Shown here: piece after piece, positions 21,748-22,271 of the stretch
Layout of the letters: each line of letters begins with the position of its first letter
Position numbering within the stretch: the stretch's first letter is position 1
Source: Ascoidea asiatica JCM 7603
Taxonomy: Eukaryota > Fungi > Ascomycota
NCBI GenBank assembly: GCA_001600695.1
Contig: BCKQ01000003.1
Span: 505,731 to 528,001, forward strand
DNA: 22,271 bases
Reading direction: 5' to 3'
Made by a program: the position numbers and the translations under genes
Notes under the pieces: generated by a model
Seen by the model: the letters and a program-made list of their open reading frames with translations, nothing else
What the model was told of the DNA's origin: nothing
Databases searched by the model: none

Positions 21748-22271
21748 TCCATAATCTCTATATAAAAATTTATAAAAAAATATTGAGAAATCAAGTTGTA
21801 TATATATTACTTTGGACCTTGATCTGCAAGAAATATAACTTATAGATCTTGCTAGCTATTTGCCATAGCTATAGCAAAACGGTTGCTATTGGGAAGTCCA
21901 AAATCAAGGAGAGCATCACTTCCTACCTGCACTATTTGGGGTTGAAATTACGTCTTATAATCTCAAACTACAAGTTAGTGTTGTCCACATACAATTTGAT
22001 AGAAGATACAAGTAGAATTTCTGTTTGATACAACCTTCAAGGGCATTTTCTGTCAGTTGCCACATTCGGCTGTGCGAGTAGCCAATCAACCTCTGCTAGC
22101 TAATCAGTAATAAATTACCCTTCATCATGCCCATGACTTCACTTTGTTCTCTAGAAACGGTTATGCATTTCAAGCCATCACCTGTTCTACAAACTGCTAT
22201 TTGTTACGCAGAGAAAGCTAGGAACTAATAATTACTTCGCACAATTTTAAGTGGAATATGAAACCTGGCCT
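21748..22271 (-). repeat. Right arm of window-terminal inverted repeat
   Basis: Reverse complement of 1-524 (522/524 identical). A diverged extension at 21702-21747 matches 525-570. Confidence 0.98.

Noticed and set aside
21600-22261. ~220-codon TGA-free frame running out through the right arm (ORF under genetic code 6)
   Set aside because: Comparison with the 7340-7599 paralog favours the opposite-strand frame (more synonymous changes). A one-stop code gives long ORFs by chance, and recoding does not repair the frameshifts elsewhere in the window.
1-22271. Polinton/Maverick, Tlr-like element or Polinton-like virus (size ~22 kb, ~500-bp TIRs, 5'-AG...CT-3' ends)
   Set aside because: No protein-primed PolB, retroviral-type integrase, packaging ATPase, protease or capsid motifs were recognised. 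The interior is largely explained by unrelated decayed TEs, and the termini fall inside a gene relic with an internal paralog.
1-22271. Linear plasmid, linear mitochondrial genome or complete ITR virus
   Set aside because: No intact DNA/RNA polymerase, rRNA or respiratory genes were seen, and the nuclear-type TE relics and pervasive frameshifts argue against it.

Overview
AT-rich (roughly 30% GC by eye) eukaryotic-looking window with no intact protein-coding gene. Almost all supplied ORFs are antisense or out-of-frame shadows of decayed transposable-element genes. The window is bounded exactly by a 524-bp near-perfect inverted repeat (1-524 vs 21748-22271, 2 mismatches). Inside is a nested graveyard of frameshifted elements: a PIF/Harbinger transposase (~1700-2620), a probable copia 3' end with PPT and LTR (~3061-3520), a 5'-truncated L1-like LINE (~10490-13991) interrupted by a Tc1 DD34E element with residual TIRs (11431-12800), a second LINE 3' end tail-to-tail with the first, a MULE/SWIM transposase (~17250-19050) and a second Tc1 (~19700-20465). 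There is also one nearly intact orphan gene (6229-7109), a 21-bp minisatellite and a tRNA-like relic. The terminal arms are not classical transposon ends. They consist of decayed coding sequence (possibly MULE-derived) with an older internal paralog at 7340-7599 that continues past the point where the window ends, and arm identity drops abruptly from ~99.6% to ~78%. This points to recently homogenised inverted arms (gene conversion, inverted duplication or an invertible block) or a collapsed assembly repeat, rather than a Polinton or linear plasmid. All family calls come from manual motif reading across frameshifts, with no database searches, and the host cannot be identified from this sequence.
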